A DNA stretch of 63,911 bases, counting the filler, from Choristocarpus tenellus KU-1152 (taxonomy: Eukaryota; Protista; Phaeophyceae): NCBI GenBank assembly GCA_964200185.2. It is 13 parts of 13 records of this genome, joined end to end, with 100 filler letters (N's around TTAATTAATTAA, not from the genome) between each part and the next. Parts side by side here need not be neighbours in the genome. Positions count along the whole stretch, not along the records: positions 12,176 to 14,805 come from CAXNAD020026127.1; positions 14,906 to 22,563 come from CAXNAD020005802.1; positions 22,664 to 39,798 come from CAXNAD020000718.1; 10 more parts are not named here. The stretch is one strand, 5' to 3'. Under the pieces are notes generated by a model. The model ran no database searches. It saw only the letters and a program-made list of their open reading frames with translations, and was not told the DNA's origin. The position numbers were made by a program, and so were the translations under genes. Below are positions 12,720-26,009 of the stretch, one piece after another (positions within the stretch are counted from its first letter, which is position 1; each line of letters begins with the position of its first letter).

Positions 12720-13317
12720 CTTCGACGACATCTTCGCTTCTGCCAAAATGGGCAGGTACGCGATAAATCCATCTTCATCTACATCGAGGTACGACGATGA
12801 CGACGCAAGGTCATCTCGTGGTGATGAGGAGGGTCGCATCACACAGGATGCGACCGACTCCGGCGATGCATCCAATGTGGGGATCACCGAAGCCTTCATG
12901 GAGGCGTGTGTTAAAGATTTCCTACGATCGGCAATGAAACCTGCTTCTTCACAGTATCGAGTGCAGACTTAAATCCTCACCCAAGTCATATATGACCATG
13001 GGTTCAGACTCATCAAGGCCGGCAAAGGGGCCGCTTCTCTTGTTTTCGGGGATGAATGCTACATCCACGAGCCCACATAGGTTAAACTCGGCGGTTGTGG
13101 ACGGAAGCTAGGCAACACATTGCGTCCCGAACATGTGGAAGCGCTCCAGGCGAGGAAGGCTATCTTCTTGAGCCTCGTGAAGCCCGAACCTTGGAACGCC
13201 AGGTACTCCACACATCTAAATCTATGGCACCTTCTTGTCGAGGCATACCCTAAGCTCACAGAGTGGTGAGAGAAGGGGGACAAATTCAGTTTCAAGTCCG
13301 CCCACCGATTGAAATAG
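12720..13317 (+). pseudogene. Intronless ~195-codon reading frame with three internal stops, unknown product
   Basis: One frame runs from FDDIFASAKMG to SAHRLK* through TAA, TAG and TGA without frameshift. Confidence 0.45.
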
Positions 13318-14025
13318 GGCTTGCGTTGTTTCCTTTTTTTGATTAAATACGGGTAGAGTTGCAGGTCGTGGTGATTTATACATCAGACTACCATGTTCAT
13401 GCACTTTCAATTCGATGAGTCACGCATTTGGATAGTGGTTTCAATGTACATTGCTACCAGTCAGAGTCGTCAGATATCATATATCACACCACGTTGAGGA
13501 TTAGACCTATGATATTTTTGTTTAAAGAGCGTGTCTGCTCAACTCTTCTCCATCTGCTCAGCTAACCTTTCAAAACAATTCGCCAGGGGCTGCGATGAAT
13601 ACCCTGTCCTTCTGTGAGCCGCTATTTATTCCTTGTGCACTATAATGCACCTCCCCCCTTCTTCTCAATACTCTATGCACCAACTCTTGCTTTGTCCAAG
13701 TGTCGACATACTAGATTCGATCTCGTTCTCCTTCGAATCTTGGAGAATTGTATACCTAAGTTCACGCACGATGCTCCTAAGCACATCACCAACCCGGGAC
13801 CTCTGGAAGTGTACCTTGAACTACTTTCAGAGAAACGTACGCCAATAGACCTTGACCAATAACCACTCGTATACACGTCCATATTCCGTACACACCTTTT
13901 CCCGTAATTCCTACCTACAACTTCAACCCTAACACCATCAGCGAGAACCGGGTAATGTTACATACTAAATCCAGGACATGCACACAAACAAACGAAGTGT
14001 AACATTTAAACTGTACATGATATAT

Positions 14026-14283
14026 GAGTGGAAGTATCTTAGAGGGTATGAGCTTGGCCCTGTCTGTCCCTTTAGTGCTTGACATTGCACGTTTTTTTCG
14101 TGACATTTCCCTACCCAAGAATATTTAGGAGTAGGTAAAATGTACACATTATGAAAATGTGTGTCTGGAACAAGGATATTGACACTTCCTAACAAACACG
14201 ATAGCCAAAATTACATCAAAATAACAACATTGGGTTTTTACCCCCAAATAGACACCGCTCTACCCTCTAACATACTTTGGCTC
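14026..14283 (-). mobile_element. MITE family A, full copy
   Basis: TIRs and interior match family A. Confidence 0.9.
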
Positions 14284-14607
14284 CTCGTGCACACGCCGGG
14301 AGAACAGGACCAAATTTACAATCCTCTTTGAGTCGGTTTGGACATGACTCATGAAAGCAAATAAACGACAAAAACAACCTCGCAACAGCCCATATTGTTC
14401 ATTTCAATTCCTCATCCAACAGTGGGAAAACACACGCTAACCGGACAGCCCCCTTTATATGCTAAACAAATCCCACATGTGCAACCAAATAAACCAATAT
14501 CCAGCCCTGGAATAGCATAACCCACATCTCTTATTCTTCATCGTAACTGCACAAGCAACATACATAGACCAATAAACCTGTTTGAACAGACTCGACATCC
14601 GACACAT

Positions 14608-14790
14608 GGGCCAAAGTATCTGGGGGGGGGGTATCGGCGTCCGTTTTTCACCCTTTTTTCGATTTTTATTTTTTTTTGTGTGATTTGGTCGCACGTGTCG
14701 GATTTGAAATGTTAGCAAAAAAAAGTGTTGTTGGACCGAAACAGACGCCCCCCCACAAACCCCCCCCCCCCCCTCCCCGATCCTTTGCCC
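14608..14790 (+). mobile_element. MITE family C (B-related); other copies or ends at 52259-52298, 55357-55412, 63741-63911
   Basis: Same CAAAGTATCTGGGG terminus; distinct interior GGTCGCACGTGTCGGATTTGAAATG shared by 14687 and 63821. Confidence 0.8.
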
Positions 14791-14994
14791 CCCTGCAAAC
14801 CTCCANNNNNNNNNNNNNNNNNNNNNNNNNNNNNNNNNNNNNNNNNNNNTTAATTAATTAANNNNNNNNNNNNNNNNNNNNNNNNNNNNNNNNNNNNNNN
14901 NNNNNTTTCCTGGTTTTTTGGTACACAGGGAACACGTGGGTGACCCCCCCCCCCCCCCCCCCCCCCAGATACTTTGGTTTCTAGAGATTTGTCA

Positions 14995-15290
14995 TTTGAG
15001 TACGTATACAATGATGTCTTTCAACTTGTAGTCTGTAGAAACTGGGTGAGTGATGAAAATATAATAATATTTTAATTGCCACTCACCTTGCTCTTGCTCC
15101 CTCTTTATTTCTCGATTAAAACATTAAGTCAAGCTTTGAGCTAAACACTAAGTGAGGCATCGAGAGAGAAGAGTGGCTGACACCCGCACGTGGCCATCAA
15201 CTGTGAAAATATCCCCGTAGCGTCGTTTTAAGGTCGTTGGATTAGAGTTACACATCCTGTGGAGGTGAGTTCTGGAGCGTGTTGTAACAG
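14995..15290. repeat. Second partial copy of the foldback element (part of an arm plus the core)
   Basis: TTTGAGTACGTA...GGGTGAGTGATGAA and TAAGGTCGTTGGATT...CATCCTGTGGAGGTGAGTTCTGG match 11140-11440. Confidence 0.8.
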
Positions 15291-16759
15291 TACTAGGTAG
15301 GATTTGCAACGTCCTCATGGATATCGAGAAAATAATGCTACACTGGATCGCAAGTACGATATGATACATAAACGAATACTAACATAAGGTCCCCGTGATA
15401 ATTGATCTTGGGGTTGAGCTGAAATGGAAATAAATGAAAACACATACCTGCCTTTGCCTTATTATAACGAGATTCCATGGGTTGGTACCTATATTAGGTA
15501 GTGACCACATAATAGCGTGTCACAGTCATGCCAAGAGATTTTGACTACCTCATATGGGGCCCCTGCCTTATATCCTGCTGCCTTCTATGGGGTATCTGAC
15601 TGAATCTTTATTGTGGTACAACTTAAATATATATATATATATATTATTGTACCTTCTGACATTTTGGAGATGTTTCTACCAAAAGCTGAAAGGGTTCAAC
15701 ATCGACAGTTCTAGGCAGAGTTAAATGGAAAGGGTGAGACAAAGCGTCCTTCGGTGGAAGAGGGCTTTTCTAGCATGGCTAAAATTAAGTTAGATTGGTG
15801 CAGGTATATGTATTCTATCCAAATTTGCATGCATACTTCTCAACTTTCCCCCCAAGGCTTCTATCTAAGACGCCAATTTTTTGTTCTGTTCTAGTACTAC
15901 AAATGTGAAGAGGAGAGTTGTCTGTTGCCATACTGTTGTTTCTGTGTGCCATAGAGTCTCAATCCGTTTGAGTTTTCTTGTCAGGAATAATTAAATAAAA
16001 TGGAAGACTTTGAGTGAGACAGTCCATGGAATCCCTTCAAGAGATCAGTCTCACAGGTGGACCTCTCTTCATTCAGTGATACCAAGAGTCAAGGATTACC
16101 TTGACGTCTCGCCCTGTCACTCTGATTGTCCGCTCTCGTGAGATTCTCACTCTCCACTCTCCACTCTTGTATTTCTCACCTCACCTCATCCTCTAGATTA
16201 CGGATCGTTTTTGTCCGCGTGATCCGTCCTGCCCAATGATTCTCTTCACTACCTTTGCCTGAGTGATCCATGCTGTCACAGAAACACATGTGCAATTAAC
16301 CTTGGAGAGTGTTACCATTTGATCGGTGCTAAAGACAAGAAGATGAAGAACCTCAAACGAATCCCCTTTGCTGAATGTGAAATTAATGCGTGGATGAAAT
16401 TAGGAGAATGACCTCTTTTGGGTGTCTTTTTATTGCTTGTTTTATTGTTATTTCTGCCTCATACTTAGGTCAACGGTTATGGCAGAGTAATTTAACTGCA
16501 ACACCAAATCCCAAGCATAACCCAGATGTACCTCGTTAGTTACATCATATGGACTTCATCCAAAGTCATATTCTCACATCAACAATAAAGGGTATACCTT
16601 ACGATTTCCTATTTCGCACACACACCCATGAGAGTGCTGGCAATGAAGGGTTGCTGGAACTCTCAAACCAAAAAATACATATCGATAATTCGAACGAAAT
16701 TAATCTACAACCTTGTCAACACTGAATCAGGGAGTGTTTGTTCCTGGTGCTTACATGTC

Positions 16760-18230
16760 CATCTTGTTATAATATCTCTGCAAGCTGTAATTCTGTAGGA
16801 ATGTACTCTACCGTAAACAGTTCTTGTGCTTTATACTCCCTTGTACGTTTAAGTACCATATCCACATGTTTAGTTCTACCACTAAACCCCTCAACTATAC
16901 CTGCGTGAATGATCCCACGGTTGTCCCCAAACCATGTAAGTTGATCCTCGATCCAGACCGATCTCCCCCCAAATCCCCTTCAGGTAAATGCCATGTTTCA
17001 TCCCGTGTGCCATGGCTGTCCATTCTGCCTCTGCACTTGATAGTGTGACGACCCCCTTGTAGTTTCGATTTCCATGCAATGGGTGCTCCATTTGTGAATA
17101 TCAGATACCCTGTCACGCTCCGCTTGACACAGGGTCAGTGCCCCAGTCTACGTCACTGTACCCAAACAAACCCCTGTTGTCCAATTTGCCACCAGCAGGA
17201 TAGCGTATCCCCACGTTGATGGTGCCTGCAACGTATAGTCTAGTACATGTTGCAGCCCTTTCCAGTGTCTACTGCATGGAGATGCTGCATATCTGCCCAG
17301 CTCCAGCACTCTGTTAGACAGGTGTGGTCGCATCATGCCAGCCAGGAATATGAGTTTCCTCAAAATGGTGCGGTAAGAGTCAGAGTACCTTAGAGGGTAG
17401 ATAGAGCCGGGTCCATTTCGGGGCCAAAATCCAATGTTCCAATTTTGATGTAATTTTGGCTATCATGTTTGTTAGGAAGTGCCAATATTCTTGTTCCGAA
17501 CACGCCTTTTCATAACGTATATATTTTACTTTGAAACATTTCGGATTAGGAAAAATGTAATAAATAAAACATGGGAAACCAAGCCCCAAACGGGCAAACA
17601 GGGCAAAACTCGTACCCTTTAAGATACTTTCACTTGTAAGGTCTGTACTTCGGGGTCAGGTCCATTCCCGGGTTCAAGGGTGATGAGGTATTCCGAACCT
17701 CTGTTGATCCCATCCCCTCACGAACAATGCTCTCCGTGTAACAGTGCTGGTCCAGTGTGATACCAACCTCATCTCGGTCAATCGCCAACCTGACTAACTT
17801 GTCTGGGTCCCGTCCATTGTACTTGGCCAGCAGACTGGTCCTAATCCGCTCTATTTCCTCATCAAAGTCTCCAGTCAACGATATGATATCCACGTAGTAG
17901 AAGAGGATAGCGACCCGACCATCCTCGCACCTCTTCACGTATAAGCAGGTATCAAAGTTCGCTGGCACTCCACCCCTCATCTAATATTGACCCCTTGAGC
18001 TCCCTGTAGCACTCCATTGCCGATTGCTTGAGGCCATAGATGGCCCTGGCTGTTTTCACGATTGACCTGTTTGGCAGTTATAACCATACATCCTCAGGGA
18101 ATGGTGAATTCAGATATGCTTGGGTGAAGTCTAGGGAGTTGATGGACCAGTTTCTGTCGTCCGCTGTAGCAAGGACTGCCTGAATGACGTCAAGTCCAAC
18201 CACTGGACTGAACGCGTTGAAGTAGTCTCA
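16760..18230 (-). mobile_element. Ty1/Copia RT-RNaseH remnant interrupted by MITE A
   Basis: DTCLYVK, YYVDI, HWKGLQHVL, VTGYLIFTNGAPIAWKSKLQ, VTLSSAEAEW. Confidence 0.9.
17377..17635 (+). mobile_element. MITE family A inserted in Copia RT, GTAA TSD
   Basis: GTAA at 17373-17376 and 17636-17639. Confidence 0.9.
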
Positions 18231-18845
18231 CGGTTGGCCTCGAGGGACCACATGATCAGCGTGTCCCCAAGTTCAAGAGCATCAACTCAATGCACAGGTT
18301 CATCACTAGTCCGCTGGCTGACAGTACCTCTTCTGCCATGAACTACTCCAAGACGTCATGGTACTGCACCAAGTGTTCAGTCAACGTCTCAAACTGCAAG
18401 AGACGGGGCATCCACATGCCTCTCTTAATGGAGACCAAGGTCAGGTTTTCATCTGAAGATCAGGTGGGCGATATGTACCTTCGGAGTCACCTGTTGAGAA
18501 AGAAGAGGCAGCCTGCAGTGAACGACATTAGCATTGTGCGAGCAGGGCTGTCAGAGTATATTGGTTTGGAGTTCCTGTCATTCACTGCGTAGAGGAAGGA
18601 GATTGTTGAATGGAACAACAGGGACTACTCCAGCTGCTGATGAGGGTAGTTCAGCCCTGGCGATGAGGTGGTGTCTGCCAGGGAAGGCATCACGGTGGTT
18701 GGTACCAACTTTGATGGGGCGCCAACACTTCATATTTAGTGTGCATGCAGGGTGAGCTGTGTAAATATCCTCATGTTTAATGGCGTTCTTTGTTTGCTTC
18801 ACATTCAGAATCACACGTTAAATGGCGTGATACAGTATCATTTTT

Positions 18846-19104
18846 GAGTGGAAGTATCTTAGAGGTACGATTCTTGCCCTGTTTTGTCCATTTGGGACTT
18901 GGCTTCTCACGGGTTTTCAATTACATTTAATCTAGTCCAATATGTTTTGGAGTAGATTAAATGTATACGCTATGAAAAGGAGTGTCCAGAACAAGAATAT
19001 TGACATCTCCTAACAAACACGATAGCCAAAATAACATCAAAATTGCAACATTGGATTTTGGTCCCCAAATGGACGCGGCACTACCCTCTAAGATACTTTG
19101 ACTC
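18846..19104 (-). mobile_element. MITE family A, full copy
   Basis: TIRs and interior match family A. Confidence 0.9.
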
Positions 19105-19225
19105 TTTGTTATTGTTTAACGTTTTGACGCATGCGCTGAATGATACACCTGAACGAAATTGGCATATTACGCAATCATGTTGTCAGAGCTGACCCTCATT
19201 TCTGTACCTGAATTCATGAGTTTGC

Positions 19226-20095
19226 GGCCCATAGTATCCTAGAGGGGGGATCAGATGTCTACAGTGGGCCTCGGGGACCCTATAGTGATTTTCATATCAT
19301 TACGGTGAATGTGCCAGTTGTTAGGTCAATTCCCTAATCTGAACGTCCCTTCCTTACTCATTCCCTTGGCTGGACAAAATCCGAAGTAAAGTGCGGTATC
19401 CTATCCTATACACCTCCATGCGACTGGCTCTGGACAAGTCCCGTATCATGACGAGACAGAGGGCAGCAGGAGATGTGTACATCTCATCTTTCTCTTTCTC
19501 GTGTTTAGTGTGTTCTTTCTATATTGTGCTAAAAAGGTTGGATGATCGGTTTGGGGGGTGCTTGTAGCACTATATATATATATATATATATATAATATGT
19601 AGATGTGTGTGCGTTTCCCTCTAGTTCTCTTTGGTACTAATATCTTTAGATTATTAACACAAAATATTGGGTTTACTCCTTTGTGATGATTTCTTTTGGA
19701 GATATGCGATTTTGTTTTCGCACATGTTGACATTTTGGTGTTAGTTTATATATGTGCTTCGAATGGAAGTTTTGTTCCATTGTAATTGTATAGACATAAT
19801 TATATGATGAAATTTGTATCTTCTCTGACCCATAGTATCCTAGCGGGGGGGTCAGGCATCCATTTCGGGTCGGTGTGAATTTCTAGTGATTTTCATGTGA
19901 TCAGAGTGAACTTGTCAGATTTAAGGGTAATTTCCTACTCTGAATGGCCCTTCCTCTTCCATCCCCTGCCTTGAACCAAAACCCGAGGGAAAATGACCTG
20001 CGAAACGGACACTAAACTGGGATATCTTGCAGCATTCCATTAAGCCCCGAATGGACAGCCTGGGCTAAATACCCACCCACTAAAATACTATGACG
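19226..20095 (+). mobile_element. MITE family D, two copies (19226-~19450 partial; 19826-~20095)
   Basis: CCCATAGTATCCTAG(A/C)GGGGGG...TAGTGATTTTCAT shared; right end ATACTATG; TCCATTT/GAATGGAC subterminal motifs. Confidence 0.65.
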
Positions 20096-20219
20096 TTCTT
20101 GTATTGTGGTCTTCATGCACCAACCTTGATGTTGCACTGACCGTTTGAGCGGACGGGCCTCCACATCCTTAACATTTTGTGGTTTAAAACGCTTACGTAT
20201 AATATGTGTGATTCATCAT

Positions 20220-20487
20220 GATCCAAAGCATTTCAGAGGGCAAGAAATTACCCCTGTTTATCCTTCCAGGGCTTGGCTTTCCAAGGACTTTTAATGCCCT
20301 TTTTTCGGTTTTCGGTGAACAAACACAGCTACCTCATCCGAAACATTTCGGATGAGGTAAAATGTACACGACTATGAAAGGTGTGTCCAGAGCAAGGATA
20401 TTGGAACTTGCTAACAAATCAAAATCATAGCATTAGGGTTTATGACCCCAAACGGACGCAGCCCTGCCCTCTGAAATACTTTGGATA
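20220..20487 (-). mobile_element. Divergent MITE family A subfamily copy
   Basis: TIRs ATCCAAAGCATTTCAGAGGGCA / TGCCCTCTGAAATACTTTGGAT; A-like interior. Confidence 0.8.
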
Positions 20488-21019
20488 CAATCATCACCAC
20501 TTGTGGTTGATATCAAAGGATATGTATCGCATACACACGCAAAATATATCGGCAAATATTCGATCTTATTTCCTGACAAGTCTTTTCCTCAAACAGAAAA
20601 TATCACTTACCCACCCGTGACATACCCCCAAACCCCCCCAAAACGTAGTTTTTGCATACAAAACCTCCATTTCATGGGCAAACATGAGACAGAACAACTA
20701 CCACGGGTCTATTCTTCTACACTTTGACCAAATCTGAAGGAGAATCACGTGCAAAACGGGCGTCAAACTGGGGTGTTTTACAACACCCTTTAAAAGCCCG
20801 GAATGGACAACCTGGGCAATACTCTCCCTTTTCTCCATAATACAATGAACCAATGAGCAAGAACGCATAAAATGCATGCAGACGAGGAGAAGGAAAGAGA
20901 GTGTTTGTATGAGATGTAATTTTGACGGGTGTTTCGCCCCTCTAGGTTGACAAAGAAATTTCGAACCGTTAGTGTACAGTAAGGGCAATACATACGTGCC
21001 TGACAAAAAATACTAACCT

Positions 21020-22563
21020 TAAACCTAGTATCATACAGAGACCAGTATAATTCAAAGCCTTTATGGGCAATCTGTGCAAATTCGTCACATCACGGATTTG
21101 CACCAATTAGTTGGAAATGGAAGCAATTGAACGCAGTCTTTAGGAAGTAGAAACTTAACTCGGGAATTGGTGTGGCACCCTCGGAGTACTCGACAATTTT
21201 GACGAAGGCGTTTCCTTTTCCACTTCACCAAGAAACAGGCTACCCAACACCTTTTAATTTTTTTAGATTTGAAACAAATAATTTCGAATGCTCGCTTCAA
21301 CACGCACAAGTCAAATGTTTACTTCGAGCATTGAAAAAGCAGGCGGATATGAACAGAGTACTCAGAGTTGTGCCTTTCTTGATAAGAAATAGGTTGCCCT
21401 CCACTGGACCACCCTCCTGATGGGATTTCCCTCCAAACGTATCAGCCTCCTTATGCTCCTCCATGATTTGTTTCGCCACATCTAAGACCACCCCTCTTAT
21501 AAACACGCCTATGATATGCATTCCTCCTTTCTTACGCACTTTGTAGCTTGTCTACATCCAGTTTCACATCTTCTTCCCTGTCCTTTCACTTGAGCCGTCT
21601 GACTAGTCAATCTATTCCCAATATTTATTTCTCTTGCCCTTAACCTTCTTGGGCTTAGCTGAATTTGTCTCCTTGGACTCAACCAATGAATCTGGCACCT
21701 TCTCACGCAGTACTGCATTCTGGTCTTACTGGAACTAGAATAGGGGAAATGATATGTTTGAAGGTGATTAGATTACAATTTGTGCAGGATGTTAGAACAC
21801 TGTTGAGTGATGAAATATCTGTGCAAATGACTCGGTTGGCGATTACAAGAGATACAAGAAATGTTGACACTCTGAAAGACAGAGCACAAAGGAACAGGAG
21901 TTGATGGACCCGTTAATATGGAAGGACAAGTGTTCCTGGTTCCTGAACTTGTCGGTGAACTTGTCACTTTCCTGATGAAGCTGTTGACAAACCGCATCTG
22001 GGATCCAGCTCCAGAGGACAGTCAGGTAGTGGGAGCTTCGAAAGTCAAATGGAGCACACCCTGCGTAGATATTGTGCGGCAGATGAGAAAAGGTAGGTTG
22101 TATAAGTTACATAGAGTGAGGACAGAGTATAAGGCATAGGATGTTGGAATACTGGAACAAGGAGTTTTTTCCATCAAATCAAGGACCTGACAGATTTTGT
22201 ACAAACTAAATGTAGAGTGACTCTGACGATGGAGAAGATATATGAGTAACGACGCCAAACTGCATTAAGATACGAGAACGGTCAAATCGGCTGTAAGAAA
22301 CTCATCTTGCTCGTAATCAACCCTCTGACATTTTGCAGATGTGTCAGGGAAGAACTACTCACAGGTCAGAAAAATCCCTAAAGAAATCAAATTTGTCACA
22401 ACTGTGAAATCATTGATCTATTTGTTATTTCACTACTATGTTGTACCAGTGCTTTCCTGTGTCTCCAATCTACCTATTCCTGTACCCCAAGGTAGGGAAG
22501 CATCCCAAGAATCCAACAAACCCCTCCTTGCCCATCTCCCTGGTGACTCCAGCTTAAAACGCA
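21020..22563 (-). mobile_element. Degenerate Gypsy RNaseH/integrase region
   Basis: Minus-strand GFLG at ~22505-22515 and WRRY-like RNaseH trace at ~22250; similar to 3775-4050. Confidence 0.4.
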
Positions 22564-22740
22564 NNNNNNNNNNNNNNNNNNNNNNNNNNNNNNNNNNNNN
22601 NNNNNNNTTAATTAATTAANNNNNNNNNNNNNNNNNNNNNNNNNNNNNNNNNNNNNNNNNNNNGGTTTCCACACAATGTTTTATAGTGTTCTTATGTTTA
22701 GGATATTTTATTTCTTTAGGGCTAACAACGACATGTATTT

Positions 22741-22832
22741 TTTTATTATTATGCCCTCTGACATATATATAGTTTTCATTGGTGTTTCCCCCCTGACACA
22801 TGTGCAAAATGTCAGAGGGCATAATAATAAAA
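22741..22832. repeat. Perfect 24-bp inverted repeat with 44-bp spacer
   Basis: TTTTATTATTATGCCCTCTGACAT ... ATGTCAGAGGGCATAATAATAAAA. Confidence 0.9.
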
Positions 22833-22869
22833 TATCTATACCGCTAATGATCCTGTATACCGATGGCGG

Positions 22870-23400
22870 TATTTTGCTAAATTCAAGATGGTTACCTTTC
22901 AGCCAAACCTGGAAATTTTACATTCCAGAATGGAGATGCTTAGAGGATGGGAATCCATTTACAGTGGACAGGAACTCCCACATGGATGTGGTGTTTCTTG
23001 CTGGAACACTATCGGAAGTTGGCTCAGTGCACTACCACGACAAAGGCCTACTTGCTTTGCGGAGGTCCAAACAACCTGCCATTTGACCCGCCTATCCACT
23101 AGCCTTGGTGTACCTGCTGCTACAACTGAGCCGTGAGAGCGAAAGTACACCTATCACGAGGGATCTTTTGAACCTTGTAGTTTTAATCGGTACCTTCGCA
23201 GTAGAACGTTTTGGACACCTTGGTAAGCAAGCAGAGAGTATCTTGGATGTGTTGGCCAACCATGCTGTAGGAGGGAGAGGGGCTAGGGAATATTGCCGGA
23301 AAGGCTTCATTTTAGACATATAATGTCCGTCACTGCATAAGGGACTCTTTCGAGATGTGCCATGCGTTTCATGCAAGAGACACCAGGAAGGTGGGCAAGA
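22870..23400 (+). mobile_element. Non-LTR retrotransposon RLE-endonuclease domain remnant
   Basis: HMDVVF..., ERAKYTYHEGSF, FAVERFGHLGKQAESIL (RLE-type ExxG motif). Confidence 0.6.
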
Positions 23401-24759
23401 AGGGGCCTGGTATATTCTTAGGATGATTTCCTAGGTTCTCGCCCACTATCGTACGGCAAGGTTGGAAGCATAGTTGTGTACACATTAGTTAGTTTGTCTC
23501 ACTACATAATATCTGTTAATATATATATTCCTCCTGGACGCAAAACAGTGGATATCTGTAGCTATCGTCATGCTGCCCATATTCCCTTGTACCTGTCTGT
23601 GCTTCAGGGCGCAATAACAATGCTACCAAGACTGCCCTTTGGCCATACACGGCCGCTTCATTTGGGGGTTCCTTTAATCATCTCACCCACACAAGGCGTG
23701 TGTAAGAAACGAGAATGACACTCCATCTCACCTTGAAAAGTTTATCCTTCGGGAATTAAAATGGTTACGGTTCGCTCCTCTCAAAGATGTTAGTTGCCAT
23801 CGCTAAATGCGAAGCAGTGGAGATCTGTAAAGTTACAATTGTCTTTTACTGTCCCCCTTTCCTTTATATGTGTGTAGAGAGTCGTCTCATCATTTTAGAG
23901 CAGGGTACTGTTAGTCTTTTGTGGCCTTTTTGAATGCCTTCTGGTGTATGTGCTCCTCGCACTCTGATGCTCCTCACACTCTGAAGGGCGATATTGCGCT
24001 TACATAGAAATCATTTGTCTTCTCTTTGGTACCTACAGGGTAACTGCGTTTGAGGCTCAAGAATGAGGTGTCAGGAAAAAGGTTTATGAACCCTAGTGAC
24101 CCAAAACGACCTAAATATACCCCCCTCTATGCCTCTCACCTCCGTGACAGGAAGATGGCTCAGATTTTCGAGGACATCGAAGAAAAAAAAACTTTTTATT
24201 GTGGTTTTGTCAAAAAGATGTGGCAAAAAAATGAGGAGATCGCACTACTACTGTTGTGTGATATAGGGCATGGCAACAACATCATGTACACCTACCCACA
24301 CCGATTTCATGTTGGAGTTCCTACATTTCATGTGTCAAAAATCAGACAAAAAGCGGAAAGTATGCTCCATTCCACCCCAAAAAGGTCTGTTCGTGATTTA
24401 AGAGGGTCTGCTTTGCTACGGAAAATTATTAGTTATCACTATAATAACGAAACACTACCTTTCTCCAACTATAAACAGGCCCCCCCGCTCCCTCTTATGT
24501 AGTGCAGACATGAATTTTTTTCAATATTATCCTGGGGATGTTTGAACTGAACGTGATTTGTTTTGATGCTCTCTGGCAAGGCCCTGCCTTGTGATACCTT
24601 CGTTGCTATTTTAATGATGGGTTCCTTTGGTTGCTTTCAAGATCAAACCTACACACAGACCAAGTAGCTACACATTCATGTTTAGATTTACAATCAAACT
24701 CTGCAAAGAAGGCAGGAACTCACCCAGACTGGCACGATCCATCCCTATACTACCCAAGC

Positions 24760-25017
24760 GAGTCAAAGCATCTTTAGAGGGTAGGGCCGCGTCCGTTTGG
24801 GGTCCTAAACCCAATGTTGCGATACTGATGTAATTTTGGCTGTCGTGTTTGTCAACAAGTATAAATATCCTTGCTCCAGACATATCTTTCACAGTTGTAT
24901 ACATTTTACCTACTCCGAATGTTTTGAGAACCGAAGAAGGGCAGAAAAAAACGTGGGAAGCTAAGCCCTAAACGGACAAACAGGGCAAATATCTAAACCT
25001 CATTAATGCTTTGGGTC
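24760..25017 (+). mobile_element. MITE family A, AAGC TSD
   Basis: AAGC at 24756-24759 and 25018-25021. Confidence 0.85.
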
Positions 25018-26009
25018 AAGCACAGCTCATCCCTGTTACCTGGCCACTCGTCCCCCCGCGCCTCCCCTTATCATGTTGCTGGAGCACTGTCGCTACTAGT
25101 GGGTTGAGCTTTTCCTCTTTTCCTACAGACACAGATGACACAACACCCCCCTGAAAACTTTCAACTTGGACTGCTCGAGCAATGTAGTTGCTTAGTGGTG
25201 GTTGTTCTCCTTTCATCTATTTCCTCCAGCACAGCTTTCATGGGCTTACCCAAACATACACTCCCACTGTTCCTTTCCTTTTGGTGCTGCTGGAGTACAA
25301 GCCAGAAGTGGTAAATACCTTGTGGAGTTGACCTTCTCCTTCCCCAGTGCAGCCCCTTCTGTTGCCCACACCCAGCATTGTCCCCTGCAGTACCTCTTCC
25401 TGGCAATAGAAGGAGGACAGTAGCCCATATGGATGATACAATTGAGACACGGCAGTCCCCAAAGAGATTATCGCTCAACAGCATCGTCACAACATGTTTG
25501 CATTGTGAGTGCGTGTAGTCTTATTGACAGGTGTAATTGCATTGTCCAAGAGTAAAGAAAAGATAGCAATGTAAGGTGCAGGGATCAAACACAACATAGC
25601 GTATTGCAAGAGACACCCACCAAGTCCCTCTGGTTGCGTTGATTAGAGTGTGGATTCCACATCCCCTTTTTTGCCAACAATTTCCCCGTGTTGGAAGGTT
25701 TGATGAAGGGAAGGCCTTACCCCTATGTACCCAAATATACCCTGCCACGCCCTTCATTTCGAGTGGCAGGAAATAGGTTGCCAATGTTGATTTGTTGAGA
25801 TGATATCCTACGAACCTCACCTTCTGGCACTCGGAACAAAGAGTGTGAACAGGGGGGTAACAGTGGCAAGCTACTATCAAATGTTGGTTGCCAAGGGTAC
25901 TGAGTGCAAACTAAGCCAAACATCCCCAGCAGATACTCACCCACTGTGTGTGTGGCACTGGGTACAAGGAGAGGCAAGCACCCCAGAAGGATGTCTCTTT
26001 TAACTTTTA

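Noticed and set aside
225-13317. Stop-codon reassignment explaining in-frame stops
   Set aside because: All three stop types occur, and the conserved genes show no internal stops.
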